DNA from: Eledone cirrhosa
Lineage: Eukaryota
Length of the DNA stretch: 64,000 nt
Reading direction: 5' to 3'
NCBI GenBank assembly: GCA_964016885.1
Contig: OZ024742.1
Location: 186,062,001-186,126,000, forward strand
Below, in pieces: positions 1-13,373 of this stretch. Within the stretch, counting starts at the first letter, position 1. Every line of letters starts with the position of its first letter. Under the pieces are notes generated by a model that saw nothing but the letters and a program-made list of their open reading frames with translations, made no database searches and was not told where the DNA came from. A program made the position numbers and the translations under genes.

Positions 1-3000
1 TACAGTAGATAGCACACCATCTCTCATCTACCCTAGATAACACACCATCTCTCATCTACAGTAGATAACACACTATCTCTCATCTACCCTAGATAACACA
101 CCATCTCTCATCTAGAACAGATCACATACCATCTCTCATCTACAGTAGATAAAACACCATCTCTCATCTTCAATAGATAAAATGCCATCTCTCATCTACA
201 GTAGATAACATAACATCTCTCTTCTACAACAGATGATACACCATCTCTCATCTACAACAGATCAGATACCATCTCTCATCTACAATAAAACAACACACCC
301 TCTCTCATCTACCCAATATAACACATCATCTCTCCTCAACAGTAGATAACACAACATCTCTCATCTACAACAGATAACTCACCATCTCTCATATGCAATT
401 GGATAACACATCATCTCTCATCTACAATAGGTCACACACCATCTCTTATCTACAGTATATAACACACCCTCGCTCATCTATAGTAGATAACACACTATCT
501 CTCATCTACAACAGATAACATGCCATCTCTCGTCTACAACAGATAACACACCATCTCTCATCTACCCTAGATAACACACCATCTCTTATCTACACTTGAT
601 AACATACCATCTCTCATCTACAGTAGATAACACACCACCTCTCATCTACAATATACAACACACCATCTCTCATCTACAACAGATAACACACCATCTCTCA
701 TGTACCCTAGATAACACACCATCTCTCATCTACCCTAGATAACACACCATATCTCCTGTTCAACAAATAACACACCATCTCTCAATCTACAACAGATAAC
801 ACACCATCTCTCCTCTACCCAAGATAACCCATCCTCTCTCATCTATTTCAGACTACACAACATCTCTCATCTACTCTAGATAACACACCATCTCTCATCT
901 AAAATAGATAACACAACATCTCTCATCTACAGTAGATAACACACTATCTCTCATCTACAACAGCTAACACACCATCTTTCATCTACAACAGATAACACAC
1001 CATCACTCATCTACCCTAGATAACACACCATCTCTCATCTGCAACAGATAACACTCCATCCCTCATCTACAACAGATAATACACCATCTCTCATCTACAG
1101 TAGATAACACACCATCTCTCATCTACAACAGATAACACACCATCTCTCATCTACAAGAGATAATGCACCATCTCTCATCTACCCTAGATAACACACCATC
1201 TCTTATCTGCAACAGATAACACTCCATCTCTCATCTACAACAGATAACACACCATCCCTCATCTACACTAGAAAACACACCATCTCTCGTCTACAACAGA
1301 TAACACATGATCTCTCATCTACAAGAGATAACACACCATCTCTCATCTGCAGTAGATAACACACCATCAATCATCTACCCTATATAACACATCATTTCTT
1401 ATCTACACTATATATAACACCATCTCACATCTACGGTAGATGACACACCATCTCTGATCTACAGTAGATAACATACCATCACTCATCTACCCTAGATAAC
1501 ACACCATCTCTCATCTACAGTAGATAACACACCATCTCTTATCTTCGATAGATGACACACCAACTCTCATCTACTACAGATAACACACCATCTCTCATCT
1601 ATAGTAGATAATACACCATCTCTCATCTACCCTAGATAACAGACCATCTCTCATCTACAGTAGATAACACACCATCTCTCATCTACAGTAGATAACACAC
1701 CCTCTCACATCTACAGTAGATAACACACCAACTCTCATCTACTACAGATAACACACCATCTCTCATCTATAGTAGATAACACACCATCTCTCATCTACAG
1801 TAGATAACACACCATCTCTCATCTACAGTAGATAACACACCCTCTCTCATCTACAGTAGATAACACACCATCTCTCATCTACAGTAGATAACACCCCTTC
1901 TCTCATCTACAGTAGATAACACACCATCTCTCATCTACAGTAGATAACACACTCTCTCTCATCTACAGTAGATAACACACTCTCTCTCATCTACACTAGA
2001 TAACACACCATCTCTCATCTACATTAGATAACACACCGTCTGTCGTCTACGGTAGATCACACACTATATCTCATATACAGGAGATAACACACCATCTCTT
2101 ATCTACCCTATATAACATACCATCTGTTATTTCCAACTGATAAAACACCTTCTCTCATCTACAATTGAGAACACACCATTTCTCATCTTCAATAGGTAAC
2201 ACACCACCTCTCATCTACAGTAGATAACAAACCATCTCTCATCTACCCTAGATAAAACACCATCTCTCCTCAACAGTAGATAACACAACATCTCTCATCT
2301 ACAACAGATAACATACCATCTCTCATATACAGTGGATAACACTCCATCTCTCTTCTACAGTAGATAACACACCATCTCTCATCTATAGTAGAAAACACAC
2401 CATCTCTCATCTACAATAGATAACACACCATCTCTCATCTACAACAGATAACACACCATCTCTCCCTTACAGTAGAAAACACACCATCTCTCATCTACAC
2501 TATATAACATACCATCTCTCATCTACAGTAGATAACACCATCTCTCATCTACAGTAAATAACACACCATCTCTCATCTACAGTAGATAACACATCATCTC
2601 TCATCTACACTAGATAACACACCATCTCTCATGTACAGTAGAGAACACACCATCTCTCAGCTACAACAGATATCACATCATCTCTCATCTACAACAGATA
2701 ACACACCGTCTATCATCTACCCTAGATAACACACCATCTCTCATCTACAACTGATGACATGCCATCTCTCATCTACATTAGATAACACACCTTGTCTCAT
2801 CTACACCAGATAACACACCATTTCTCATCTACCACAGATAACATGCCATCTCTCATCTACAGTAGGTAACACACCATCTCTCATCTACAACCGATAACAT
2901 GTCATCTCTTGTCTACAACAGGTAACACACAATATCTCATCTACAATAGATAACATACCATCTCTCATCTACAATAGATAACACACCCTCTCTCTTCTAC

Positions 3001-4198
3001 CCTAGATAACACATCATCTCTCCTCTACAGTAGATAACACAACATCTCTCATCTACAACAGATAACACACCATCTCTCATATACAGTGGATCACACACAA
3101 TCTCTCGTCTACACTATATATAACACCATCTCTCATCTACAATGGATAACACACCCTCTCTCATTTACAACACATAACACACCATCTCTCATCTACAATA
3201 GATAACACACCATCTCTCATCCAGAGTAGATAACACACCATCTCTCCTCTATAACAGATAACACACCATGTCTCATGTACCCTAGATAACACACCATCTC
3301 TCATCTACCCTAGATAACACACCATCTCTTATCTACACTAGATAACATACCATCTCTCATCTACAGTAGATAACACACTACCTCTCATCTACAATAGACA
3401 ACAGACCATCTCTCATCTACAACAGATAACACACCATCTCTTATCTATAATAGATAACACACCATCTCTCATCTACAGTAGATAACACACCATATCTCCT
3501 GTTCAACAAATAACACACCATCTCTCATCTACAATATATACCAGACACTCTCTCATCTACAACAGATATCACACCATTTCTCATCTACAGTAGATACCAT
3601 CCATCTCTCAACTACAACAGATAACACACCATCTCTCATCTACAGTAGATAACACACCATCTCTCCTCTACCCAAGATAACCCTTCCTCTCTCATCAACT
3701 TCAGACTACACACCATCTCTCATCTACAACAGATAACACACCATCTCTCATCTACCCTAGATAACACACCATCTCCCATCTACCCTAGATAACACACCAT
3801 CTCTCATCTACAATAGGTAACACACCATCTCTCATCTGCAACAGATAACACACCATCTGTCATCTACTCTAGATAACACACCATCTCTCCTCTACAGTAG
3901 ATAACACACCATCTCCCATCTACGCTAGATAACACACCATCTCTCATCTACAATAGGTAACACACCATCTCTCATCTGCAACAGATAACACACCATCTCT
4001 CATCTACTCTAGATAACACATCATCTCTCATCTACAATATATAACACACCATCTCTCATCTACAGTAGATAACACACCCTCTCTCATCTACAGTAGATAA
4101 CACACCATCTCTCATCTACAACATATAACACACCATCTCTCATCTACAGTAGATAACACAGCCTCTCTCATCTACAGTAGATAACACCCCATCTCTCT
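1..4198. repeat. 28-bp minisatellite array, consensus TAGATAACACACCATCTCTCATCTACAG (about 150 copies, runs off the left edge)
   Basis: Direct 28-nt periodicity (e.g. 1801-1990). Variation is concentrated in the segment between CTAC and AGAT (AGT/CCT/AAC/AAT/ACT). Confidence 0.97.
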
Positions 4199-4528
4199 TC
4201 TTCCTTCCTGCTAGAACGCTTTTCTCCTATTCCTGTTCTGATTTTATATCGAATTTACAATCTTTCATCTTTCTTTTAATGTTTCGCAGAATCTCCTACT
4301 TTGTTCTTCTGCCACCCCTCTTCTTTACATCCTCCTTTTCATTATGATAGGTTGCTAAAATTATTGAAATTTTCTTGAAAGGATATCGTATATAACACAC
4401 TTTTTAATCGATTATAAGTACGGAAGGGAATTGAATATTTAATCGATTTATATTATTCTGGTATCGTCCGCTTGATAATACTTCAACAAATCTTAATACT
4501 CTGTACGTTTGTACCTTCATATCAGAAA

Positions 4529-4529
<1 letters not shown>

Positions 4530-4627
<98 letters not shown>

Positions 4628-4637
4628 TGTGTGTGTG
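4530..4637. repeat. (TG)n microsatellite
   Basis: Seen directly. Confidence 0.97.
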
Positions 4638-4771
4638 GTGTTAAACAATGAAAGAATAATTAAACAAATTGAACTGATAATTAATTCATTGTTTTACGAT
4701 TATTTCAGAGAGCAAATTATTGACATGAAAAAACTTATAAATCCTACCCTAACTCGGCAAAATACTCATGT

Positions 4772-4811
<40 letters not shown>

Positions 4812-5175
4812 AAATTCTTTGTCTCTCTATCTGTCTGTCTGTTCCTATGCCTTCTCAAACGGCTTGACCAAATCAAATCAAATTTTACAAGATATTAGAC
4901 CCCGGGAATGTCAACATGTCATTTTTACTTTCATTTGGATTAGAACAATATAACATTTTATCTAAAATAATATATCTATAGTCAACTATAGTAAACCACC
5001 ACCACCACGGTGTCAAATTTTGTATATGAGTGTGTATGTGTCTGTGAGTGCGTGTGTGTGTTTGCGAGTTCATTACGTACGTTAGGCTTCAGAGAATTAA
5101 ACAGACGCACACACATCTACACATACATATAGCCTTAGTAAGTTTCATACACATTATCTTCACACACAGACAATT

Positions 5176-5214
<39 letters not shown>

Positions 5215-5853
5215 CACATACAGACAGGCAAGTAATAGGTGTGCGTGATTGTATGTCTGTGTGTAAGTCTTAGTATGTGTATATGACTGTATGTGAGAGT
5301 GTGTGTTAGTGTATGTGAGAGCGTATGTGTGTGTGAGTGTATGTGTGATAATGTTTATGTTCATTTTGATTAAAACAATAGAAAACAATACAACGACGTC
5401 TCATTTTGTATATGAATATGTATATGTCTGTGAGTGTGTGTGTGCGCGTTCATTAGGTACGTTATTAAATGCACACACATTTACACATATATATACATAT
5501 GTAGCAAATGACAAAAAAATATGAGGTGAAAAGCTATGCGTGTGTATGTCTGTCTTAGTATATATATGTGAGTGTATGTGAGAGTGTATGCGTGTGTGTG
5601 TGTAGCAACAATTTATTCATTTGGACACCAACAAAAAATTACACAATCAATATTGTTTACCCTGAGGTGCTTCAAGATTGACAGATTTTCATTTCTAAAT
5701 TCTATTATCATTACAATTTGGATATTTTTTTTATAAAATACAGATATTTTGAAATAATTATGAGATAAAACATATCTACATATTACATATTTATTGTTTA
5801 CTGATTTGAATAAGAACAGCAGTAACCCGAGCAACGCTGGGTAATTCAGCTAG
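4812..5853 (+). mobile_element. Non-autonomous Helitron-like element (5' boundary approximate)
   Basis: 3' hairpin ACCCGAGC-AAC-GCTGGGT (5825-5842) followed by CTAG|T (5850-5853). The 5' region has (CTGT)n then AAACGGCTTGACCAAATCAAATCAAATTT, typical of invertebrate Helitron 5' ends. The interior has TG/CA-rich repeats. Confidence 0.65.
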
Positions 5854-5875
5854 TATATATATATATATATATATA

Positions 5876-6058
5876 ACAACAAAGAGGGGTTGGTAAGATA
5901 CCAGGTAGACCATAACGCACAAAAGTACTCAATACTGACAGTAGTAGAGTGTATGATATGAAAAGAGTCAGCACCCGATGGCTGAGCTCCGGCCGTTTCC
6001 GGATGTAGCTGTCGAAATGGCCGGAGCTCAGCCGTCGGCGTCCTGACTCTTTTCATAT
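5876..6058. mobile_element. Short fold-back PLE-type insertion (family A); about 100-bp palindrome with an HHR 3'-half on each arm
   Basis: Inverted arms span 5956-6058. Each reads approximately GAAAC-GGC..GCC-GTC-GG. Homologous to 9375-9558 and 26970-27020. Flanked by (TA)n on both sides. Confidence 0.7.
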
Positions 6059-6075
6059 ATATATATATATATATA

Positions 6076-6457
6076 TTAGAATGGCCCTTATTTTTCAACT
6101 TTCTAAAAGTTTAGCTCTCACCCCACTATGTTGTTCCAATTAACAAAATACCAATCTATGCAAAACTTTAGCTCAAGCGAACAACTGCAAGGCGACCCTC
6201 ATCGACCGTAAAATTTTGAAATTTTCGTTCGGAAAGTCATTTGTTTTCAGATAAAAAATTGTTTATCTCTTATTTGATTTTCTCTTAAATTAAAAACTTA
6301 TTCTTGGTAATAGAGTGATAAATGATTATAAATATAATGGGGAAGGCAAATTGCAAAGCTGGGGACAGGGCGCAGGTATAGGACAAACACCTATTTTTCG
6401 CTGTGGGAGCAGCAAAATTTTAACTTTCGGAAAATTACCATATTAGGGCCACCCTAA
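6076..6457. mobile_element. Non-autonomous DNA transposon/MITE with imperfect TIRs (hAT superfamily, hATm-like)
   Basis: Left end TTAGAATGGCCCTTATT versus reverse complement of the right end TTAGGGTGGCCCTAATA (13/17). (TA)n on both sides. Same CACCCTAA terminus as at 8036. Confidence 0.6.
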
Positions 6458-6515
6458 TATATATATATCCGTATGTGGTTGACAGCTGAGAGAAATGAGC
6501 ACTCGTTATTGAGTA

Positions 6516-6595
<80 letters not shown>

Positions 6596-6692
6596 ATAGT
6601 AATAAATTTGAAGACTAAAATTCAAAGAGGGATCGATAAGGTTGCAACGTTTTTTGAAATATTCACTTCTGCGTTCACAGATTGACTTTGTT

Positions 6693-6743
6693 AGTTTCAG
6701 AAGATCCAGTTAAGGGTGAAAGCAGCGATTCTTTGCTTAAACT
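6693..6743 (+). ncRNA. Type I hammerhead-like motif with variant core (CAGAAGA)
   Basis: AGTTT-CAGAAGA-T-CC(agttaag)GG-T-GAAA-GCAG(cgattct)TTGC-TT-AAACT. Stems I, II and III can all form; U4->A core change. Confidence 0.55.
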
Positions 6744-6896
6744 TTAATCTGTTATTTTAATAAATATATATATATATATACATATATATACATACATATA
6801 TGATATGTATATATATATATATATACTCTCCTTACTATCGTTGCTTTCATATTTCTCCTTGCTCCCCTTTTGTATATAAACAAGTACATAGATACT

Positions 6897-7293
6897 AGGA
6901 GAAATGGAGAGCAATGAGAGCAATGGGGAAAGGAAAGCAAGGAGAACAAGGGGAGCAAGGAGAGCAAGGATAAAGGGAGAGAAAGGAGAGCAAGGATAAA
7001 AGGAGAGCAATGAGAAAAGGAGAGCAAGGAGAGTCGTGAGAAAAGGAGAGCAAGGATAAAAGAAGAGCAAGGAGAGCAAGGATAAAAGAAGAGCAAGGAG
7101 AGCAATGAGAAAAAGAGAGCAAGAAGAGCAAGGAGAGCAAAGAGAGCGATGAGAAAAGGAGAGCAAGGAGAGTAGTGAGAAAAGGAGAGCAAGGAGAGTA
7201 GTCAGAAAAGGAGAGCAAGGACAAAAGTAGAGCAAGGAGAACAAGGATAGAAGGAGAGCAAGGGGAGCAATGAGAAAAGGAGAGCAAGGGGAG
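6897..7293. repeat. Purine-rich low-complexity repeat built from about 9-bp GGAGAGCAA units
   Basis: Seen directly; it explains the L/S/F-rich minus-strand ORFs. Confidence 0.9.
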
Positions 7294-7299
7294 CTTAAG

Positions 7300-8036
7300 G
7301 CAAATATTGTTCAAGTTATGCTGGAAGCAGACAAAGGTGAAGAAGAGGAAGAAGAAAAAACTTTCTTCACGAGATTTTCTATCAGCACCGATTTCCTCGA
7401 CAAAGACCCTTCAACATGGAAAGATGATCTTATCTACAAATGTAGACTTGAAAAACTTGAGAAGACAGTTGTTGTGAATGATGTTGCAGAAAGAGGTGTC
7501 AAACTCATTCAGGATTACAATAACATTCTCACAAAAGATGAAACTGAGAAACAATTTGTTTTACAGATCATTACCGAAAACCATAAAACACCCAACTACT
7601 ACTAAATCCTCTCTTATGCAAAAATAATGTTCAATATTCAATATATAGAAATTATTGTTGCAAATAAAAATGCGTTTCTCGTATAGAAGTTGTGTGCTTT
7701 ATTAAGAAAAAAGTTTTTCATGTTATTTCAGGAATTTTTCAAATTAACTATTGGTAAATTTGATTCAGAACGTTTTTAAACATTTGCTGGGGTTGCCTGG
7801 ATGTGTCCACTAAAATATTTCTGAGAAGAAAAAAGAAAATGGTCGAGATAGTGAACAGTATACCGCTTTTGAACAGAATTAATCGTTGTATATACTATAT
7901 TCCAAATTCAAGGCGTTTGAGGGTCGCCTAACAGTTGTCCGACTGAGCTGAAATTTTGCACACCTCGTGTTTTGTTGATTGAAACAGGATTAGGGCGTGG
8001 GAGCCTCAAATTACCTATTGCTAAGAACCACCCTAA
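7300..8036 (+). mobile_element. 3' remnant of a hAT-superfamily (hATm-like) DNA transposon: transposase C-terminus plus right terminus
   Basis: ORF 7270-7605 encodes FLDKDPSTW...VVNDVAERGVKLIQDY...LTKDETEKQFVLQII, a transposase C-terminal signature. The element ends CCACCCTAA at 8036, followed by (TA)n. Confidence 0.65.
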
Positions 8037-8277
8037 TATATATATATATATAATAGTAATAATAATAGTAATAATTGTAAATCGAACTTTAGCTGCAGTA
8101 CAGTATGCACAATGCGATTTGCTTTGAGGCAATCTCAGAGCACTCAATGGATCGAAAGTTAAAAAACAAACATTAAGTCCAGAGTTAAACACTGCGGTTA
8201 TAAAATGTGACACCAAGATAACCGACGGAAGACAAACTATACATGCAACAAAATAATGATATATACAAAAATGGCTT

Positions 8278-8285
<8 letters not shown>

Positions 8286-8373
<88 letters not shown>
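8286..8373. repeat. (TG)n microsatellite
   Basis: Seen directly. Confidence 0.97.
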
Positions 8374-8374
<1 letters not shown>

Positions 8375-8488
8375 TCTGAGTTTTTCGAATATTAATAATT
8401 GTTTCTACTTTTGGCACAAGGTCACTTTTCGAATATTAATAATAATATTCGATTCGTTTGCAATTATGCAAACAACCTCACTTTTTTT
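8374..8488 (-). mobile_element. Fragment of the 448-bp retrozyme-like family at 27847-28477, with a short internal insertion
   Basis: ATCTGAGTTTTTCGAATATTAATAATAATATTCGATTCGTTTGCAATTATGCAAAC is the reverse complement of 27938-27993. Confidence 0.8.
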
Positions 8489-8510
8489 CCTTTATATATA
8501 TATATATATA

Positions 8511-8850
8511 GTTGTTATATAGTAAGGTGCATTATTGGTTGTGTAAAATGGTCCAATAACTTTATGTTAGCAATATTAAGTTCTCCACGCTTTTGTATAT
8601 CTCCAATTCCATTCGAAGGAACAGCTAGATGATGTAAAACGGAGTTTAAGTATCAAAATGAAAATCCGAAGGCAAGGTAAAATTCCAATCAGTTAATCAC
8701 GACACATGTTTCAATAAGAGATAGATCGATTGTGAAGCCATGATCGATTATCACTGATCTCATCAGGTGAAAATGAATTGTCTTCAAATTCTTGATATGA
8801 GGGAGAAAAAATAACGATGTTCTCTCACAGAATTCATTCCCTCATATCAG
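8511..8850 (-). mobile_element. HHR-bearing non-coding element (family B), copy 1
   Basis: Near-identical to 22786-22985; contains a minus-strand HHR; abuts (TA)n. Confidence 0.75.
8697..8770 (-). ncRNA. Type I hammerhead ribozyme with extended stem II
   Basis: Minus strand reads TCAC-CTGATGA-[47-nt imperfect hairpin]-GAAA-CATGTG-TC-GTGA. Intact core, GUC cleavage triplet. Confidence 0.8.
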
Positions 8851-8867
8851 ATGACATATATAGATAT

Positions 8868-9330
8868 ATCATCTGTCCCGTAGTCTGGGGAACCGTTGGG
8901 TGCCACAGATGACCTGGCAACCAGCTCATTCCATTCCTCTCGCTTCTCCGCCTTCCTTATTGTTGCACCCAGCCTTATTCCTGTCCATTCCGGGATGTTG
9001 TCCCCCCTCCCCCATCTCTTTTTCTGTCTGCCTCTCTTCCCTCCTTGTACTGTTCCCTGCATTACAGTCTTGGCAAGCCCTGAAGGTCTTGACACGTGCC
9101 CGTACCATCTCAATTTGCGTTATTTTACAATGGTCAGCAGGTCTTCGTAGGGCCCGATGGCTTGCCAAATTCTATTTCACACCTCCTCATTAGAGATGTG
9201 GTCTCTGTAGGTGATGGCAAGGAGCTTTCTGAAGCATCTCGTCTCCATAGCCTGTAATCTTCTTTCCAGATCTGCTGTTATTGTCATACTCACAAGCATA
9301 CAGGAATATGGACATGACCAGAGAGCGCAT
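8868..9330 (-). mobile_element. 5'-truncated, frameshifted RTE-clade LINE (3' end of ORF)
   Basis: Translations SLVMSIFLYACE and LRWYGHVSR..GLAKTVMQGTVQGGKRGRQKKRW..DNIPEWTG..REEW. Confidence 0.88.
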
Positions 9331-9374
9331 ATAAAGCAATTCGTTTACAAATATATATAATGCAATATAAGGAA

Positions 9375-9558
9375 GGAAGTATGGTAAGGAACCAGGTAGA
9401 CCATAACGCACCAGAGTACTCGATACTTTGGGTAGTAGAGTGAGTAATAGGAAAATAGTCAGAACCCCGACGGCAGAGCTCAAGCCGTTTCGACAGCTAT
9501 TTCTGGACGCGTCGAAACGGCTTGAGCTTTGCCGTCGGGGTTCTGACTATTTTCCTAT
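9375..9558. mobile_element. Short fold-back PLE-type insertion (family A), copy 2
   Basis: Near-perfect palindrome 9447-9558 (GTCGAAACGGCTTGAGCT..GCCGTCGGGGTTCTGACTATTTTCCTAT). The left extension matches 5890-5955. Confidence 0.72.
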
Positions 9559-10022
9559 AATGCAATATATATATTTTTGGTGTTTCTCTACACACGGGCT
9601 TCTATATCGTACAGGTGTGTGTGTGAAAAATGCTTTAACAATACAGCCCCCCATGATGCTATTAATTGCCTGCTTTAACTGCTTGTTTTACATGTAACAA
9701 TCTTCCGCACTATAATCTTGTATGAATAAGACACGCGTGCATGCCACACGTGAGACTGTTACATACACTGGCTACTCTAAACTTTCCTCTTGCTTTATCT
9801 TCATAAACTGCCAATGTTTTATTTTTATTTTTATTTTTATTTTATTTTAATTTAATTTTAACTTTAATTTTGTCTTTTAATATGACTTTAATCTTTGTAT
9901 GTAAATTGCCATGCTATATTATTATGATGGATGTTAACCCACTGTGGGTCAATATATACATATGTTTCTATATGTCTCTTGTGTTGAAAAGGAGGTCAAG
10001 TATGTTAAAAATCACTAAATAA

Positions 10023-10071
10023 TTGCTCCGAAGAATCCAAACCTCGGTTTGGAGGAAACAATTGTAAGCAA
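10023..10071 (+). ncRNA. Minimal type I hammerhead motif, CCGAAGA core variant
   Basis: TTGCT-CCGAAGA-A-TCCAAAC(ctcg)GTTTGGA-G-GAAA-CAATTG-TA-AGCAA. Palindromic stem III ACAATTGT, GUA triplet. Confidence 0.75.
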
Positions 10072-10270
10072 ATAAATGATTTAAACTGAACTTTGATTCA
10101 TGTAATTTCTATATAACTGCTCTGTAAAACAACTGATGTTGTTACATTGAGCTATTTATCTTACTGGTAATAAGATAGTAATGAATTACTGTCTTTCACT
10201 ATTTAGGGTTTAAAATATATATAACTATATAAGGTTTTATTATATACATAACCATAAATAGTATCCTTAA

Positions 10271-10273
<3 letters not shown>

Positions 10274-10356
<83 letters not shown>
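10274..10356. repeat. (TA)n microsatellite
   Basis: Seen directly. Confidence 0.97.
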
Positions 10357-11232
<876 letters not shown>

Positions 11233-11505
11233 ACACAATGCAATAAATGTGTATAACACATACAATGTGTTCATGTATAATAAACATATAAGTCCTGCTA
11301 TGACTGTTTTAAGCTGTGATTATGTAGCCGCGTGGAAACACTAGTCCATCATCATCACACTTATTCACTTTTTAATAAGACTAAAATAAACTATAGCATA
11401 TATACTTTTTGCGTATTAGTAGTTCCTTCACATAAAATGCATGGTCAACATCGTTGGGATTAATTAGCATGAATTATAATAGAAGTGTTCTTTTTTGTTG
11501 TCTTC

Positions 11506-11685
11506 CAAGGAAAAGGAGCCAGGGGACGGCAGAAGAGGAGATGGACAGATGATGTTAAGGAATGGACAGGAAGGAGTTTGGCGGAATGTACGACAATGGA
11601 AAGAGACGGGAAAAGCTGGAGAGTGTTGGTCTATAAGTCCATGACTCCCGACCCTCAGTTATGAGGATGGGATGAGAGCGAGCGT
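11506..11685 (+). mobile_element. RTE-clade LINE 3'-end fragment
   Basis: Translates QGKGARGRQKRRWTDDVKEWTGRSLAECTTMERDGKSWRVLV...PDPQL*. Confidence 0.8.
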
Positions 11686-11860
11686 GCGACATCTCTCCAG
11701 CACCTAAAACAATTATTTCTTAAGGTGATGTACGACATGGCTATAATAATACAATCCCACACTAACATATGAAATTGTATTTCGCCAAGATGGTTGAAGA
11801 GAATAAATGCTTCTATTCGTTTCTTCTTTATGTCCATTTTTCCATGTGCAATTTTGCTAA

Positions 11861-11892
<32 letters not shown>

Positions 11893-12280
11893 GGTGGGTT
11901 TGTGTAGGTGTGTGTTTGTGTGGGTGTGTGTGTTTGCGTGTGTGTGTTTGTGGGTGCGTTGTTAGCCAATCTTCGTTTGTGTCTTTTGCAATAAGATGTG
12001 TAGAAAATAGAATTAGTTGTAAGTTAATAGATTATTTTATGTATATTATTGCCATTTAGATTATGAAAGAACGTAGCAACCTTTCATTGGTTGATTCGTG
12101 TTGTTACCGTTTGTCTCTACATATATACATACAAACACAGAGAGGCTTCTAATACCTAGTAAGTCTTCATCCCACTACACCAACTTTAATTGGGTATAGA
12201 TTTGTTTGTAAGAATATCGTTATATCAGTGAGTCGATATGAACATCTACCGTAATAATGTTAAGCTTACAATATCTTTGT

Positions 12281-12352
<72 letters not shown>

Positions 12353-12512
12353 AGATGCAGGCATGGCTCAGTTGTTAAGGAGTTGGCTAAGTAACCACGT
12401 GGTTCTGATTTTAGTTTCGTTGCACGACACTGGGAAAGTGTCTTCTACTATAGTTAGCCAATGCCTTGCAATTGAAATTTAGTTAACGGAAACTGAAGAA
12501 TCCCGTCGTACA
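12353..12512 (+). mobile_element. Degenerate tRNA-derived SINE of the abundant Octopus type
   Basis: A-box-like TGGCTCAGTTGTTAAG, degenerate B box, AAGTGTCTTCTACTATAG core, ACGGAAACTGAAGAATCCCGTCGTA tail. Family recognised from memory. Confidence 0.72.
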
Positions 12513-12589
12513 CATATGTGTATGTATATACATATATACATATACATATATATATCAGGGGCGGTGGATCTCTGAATGGTCTGTAGTTG

Positions 12590-12753
12590 GCTGTAGACCA
12601 CTGAGGTCTGTAGATAGCGGTGAATCTTTCACATAGTTGGTCTGTATCGTAGTGCTCCGATCTCTCTGTTTGTCTGTAGACCACTGTGGCCTGAAGGTAG
12701 CGGTGAATCTTTACATAGTTTGTTGCTAGCGTAATCCTCCGATCTCTCTGTTT
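12590..12753. repeat. Imperfect about 85-bp tandem duplication
   Basis: CTGTAGACCACTG, TAGCGGTGAATCTTT and CTCCGATCTCTCTGTTT each occur twice. Confidence 0.75.
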
Positions 12754-13373
12754 CTAAGGTTGGAAAATATAGGCTTTATATACCTGTCGCTTTCTGTCTC
12801 CCACCTTGAGGGGATAGTCCAAGCATGAACCTGTTCACACCAAAAGGGTGGTGACCTAGAATTTGACTTTTAGGTGTCACCCAAGGTTCAATGCGTGGAC
12901 AGATTTCGCTACATTAGTTCCCTACCCAGATCGATGCAGGAGCAGCGATCGATTACAAAGGCGGTAGCGAAATCTGATTGGAGAAGCGTGTCCCAAAACA
13001 CACAAAATGTGGGTATTGCGCCCGCATTTCGAGTGCAGAGAAATTTGGAGGGAGAGAGAAAAAAAATATCGTATAACTGTGTATGCATGTGTGTGTGTAA
13101 TATTTAGAAGAAACTGTAAAAATACAAAGTTGTGATCATGTATTTCGAACTGTTCTGTATGGATGGACGTTGGGGTGGTTACGGTATCGGATTACGATAT
13201 GATAACACAGAGGACTATTTCCCTCGATGTATCACCATACGTAAGATTCTTTTCCAGTGAGTCGAGCTTTACGCTATGACATGAGTGTGTGCAATTTTGA
13301 GTTGCTTGCTTAAGTGAGTTCAAGCGAGTAGTAACCATGGTTTGTTTATCATGTGTTTAATAGCTGTTGCCGT

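Noticed and set aside
1-4198. CRISPR-like array
   Set aside because: Head-to-tail repeats without unique spacers, no cas genes, eukaryotic context.
4509-5524. ORFs rich in CV/YI/TH dipeptides (also 8256, 10273-11344, 14558, 22423-22833)
   Set aside because: Translations of (TG)n/(TA)n/(CA)n microsatellites, which lack stop codons.
6744-7314. Hydrophobic membrane-like ORFs on the minus strand
   Set aside because: Antisense of the GGAGAGCAA low-complexity repeat.
12760-13370. GC-richer unique-looking stretch as a host exon
   Set aside because: No convincing ORF or protein motif; cannot be classified from sequence alone.
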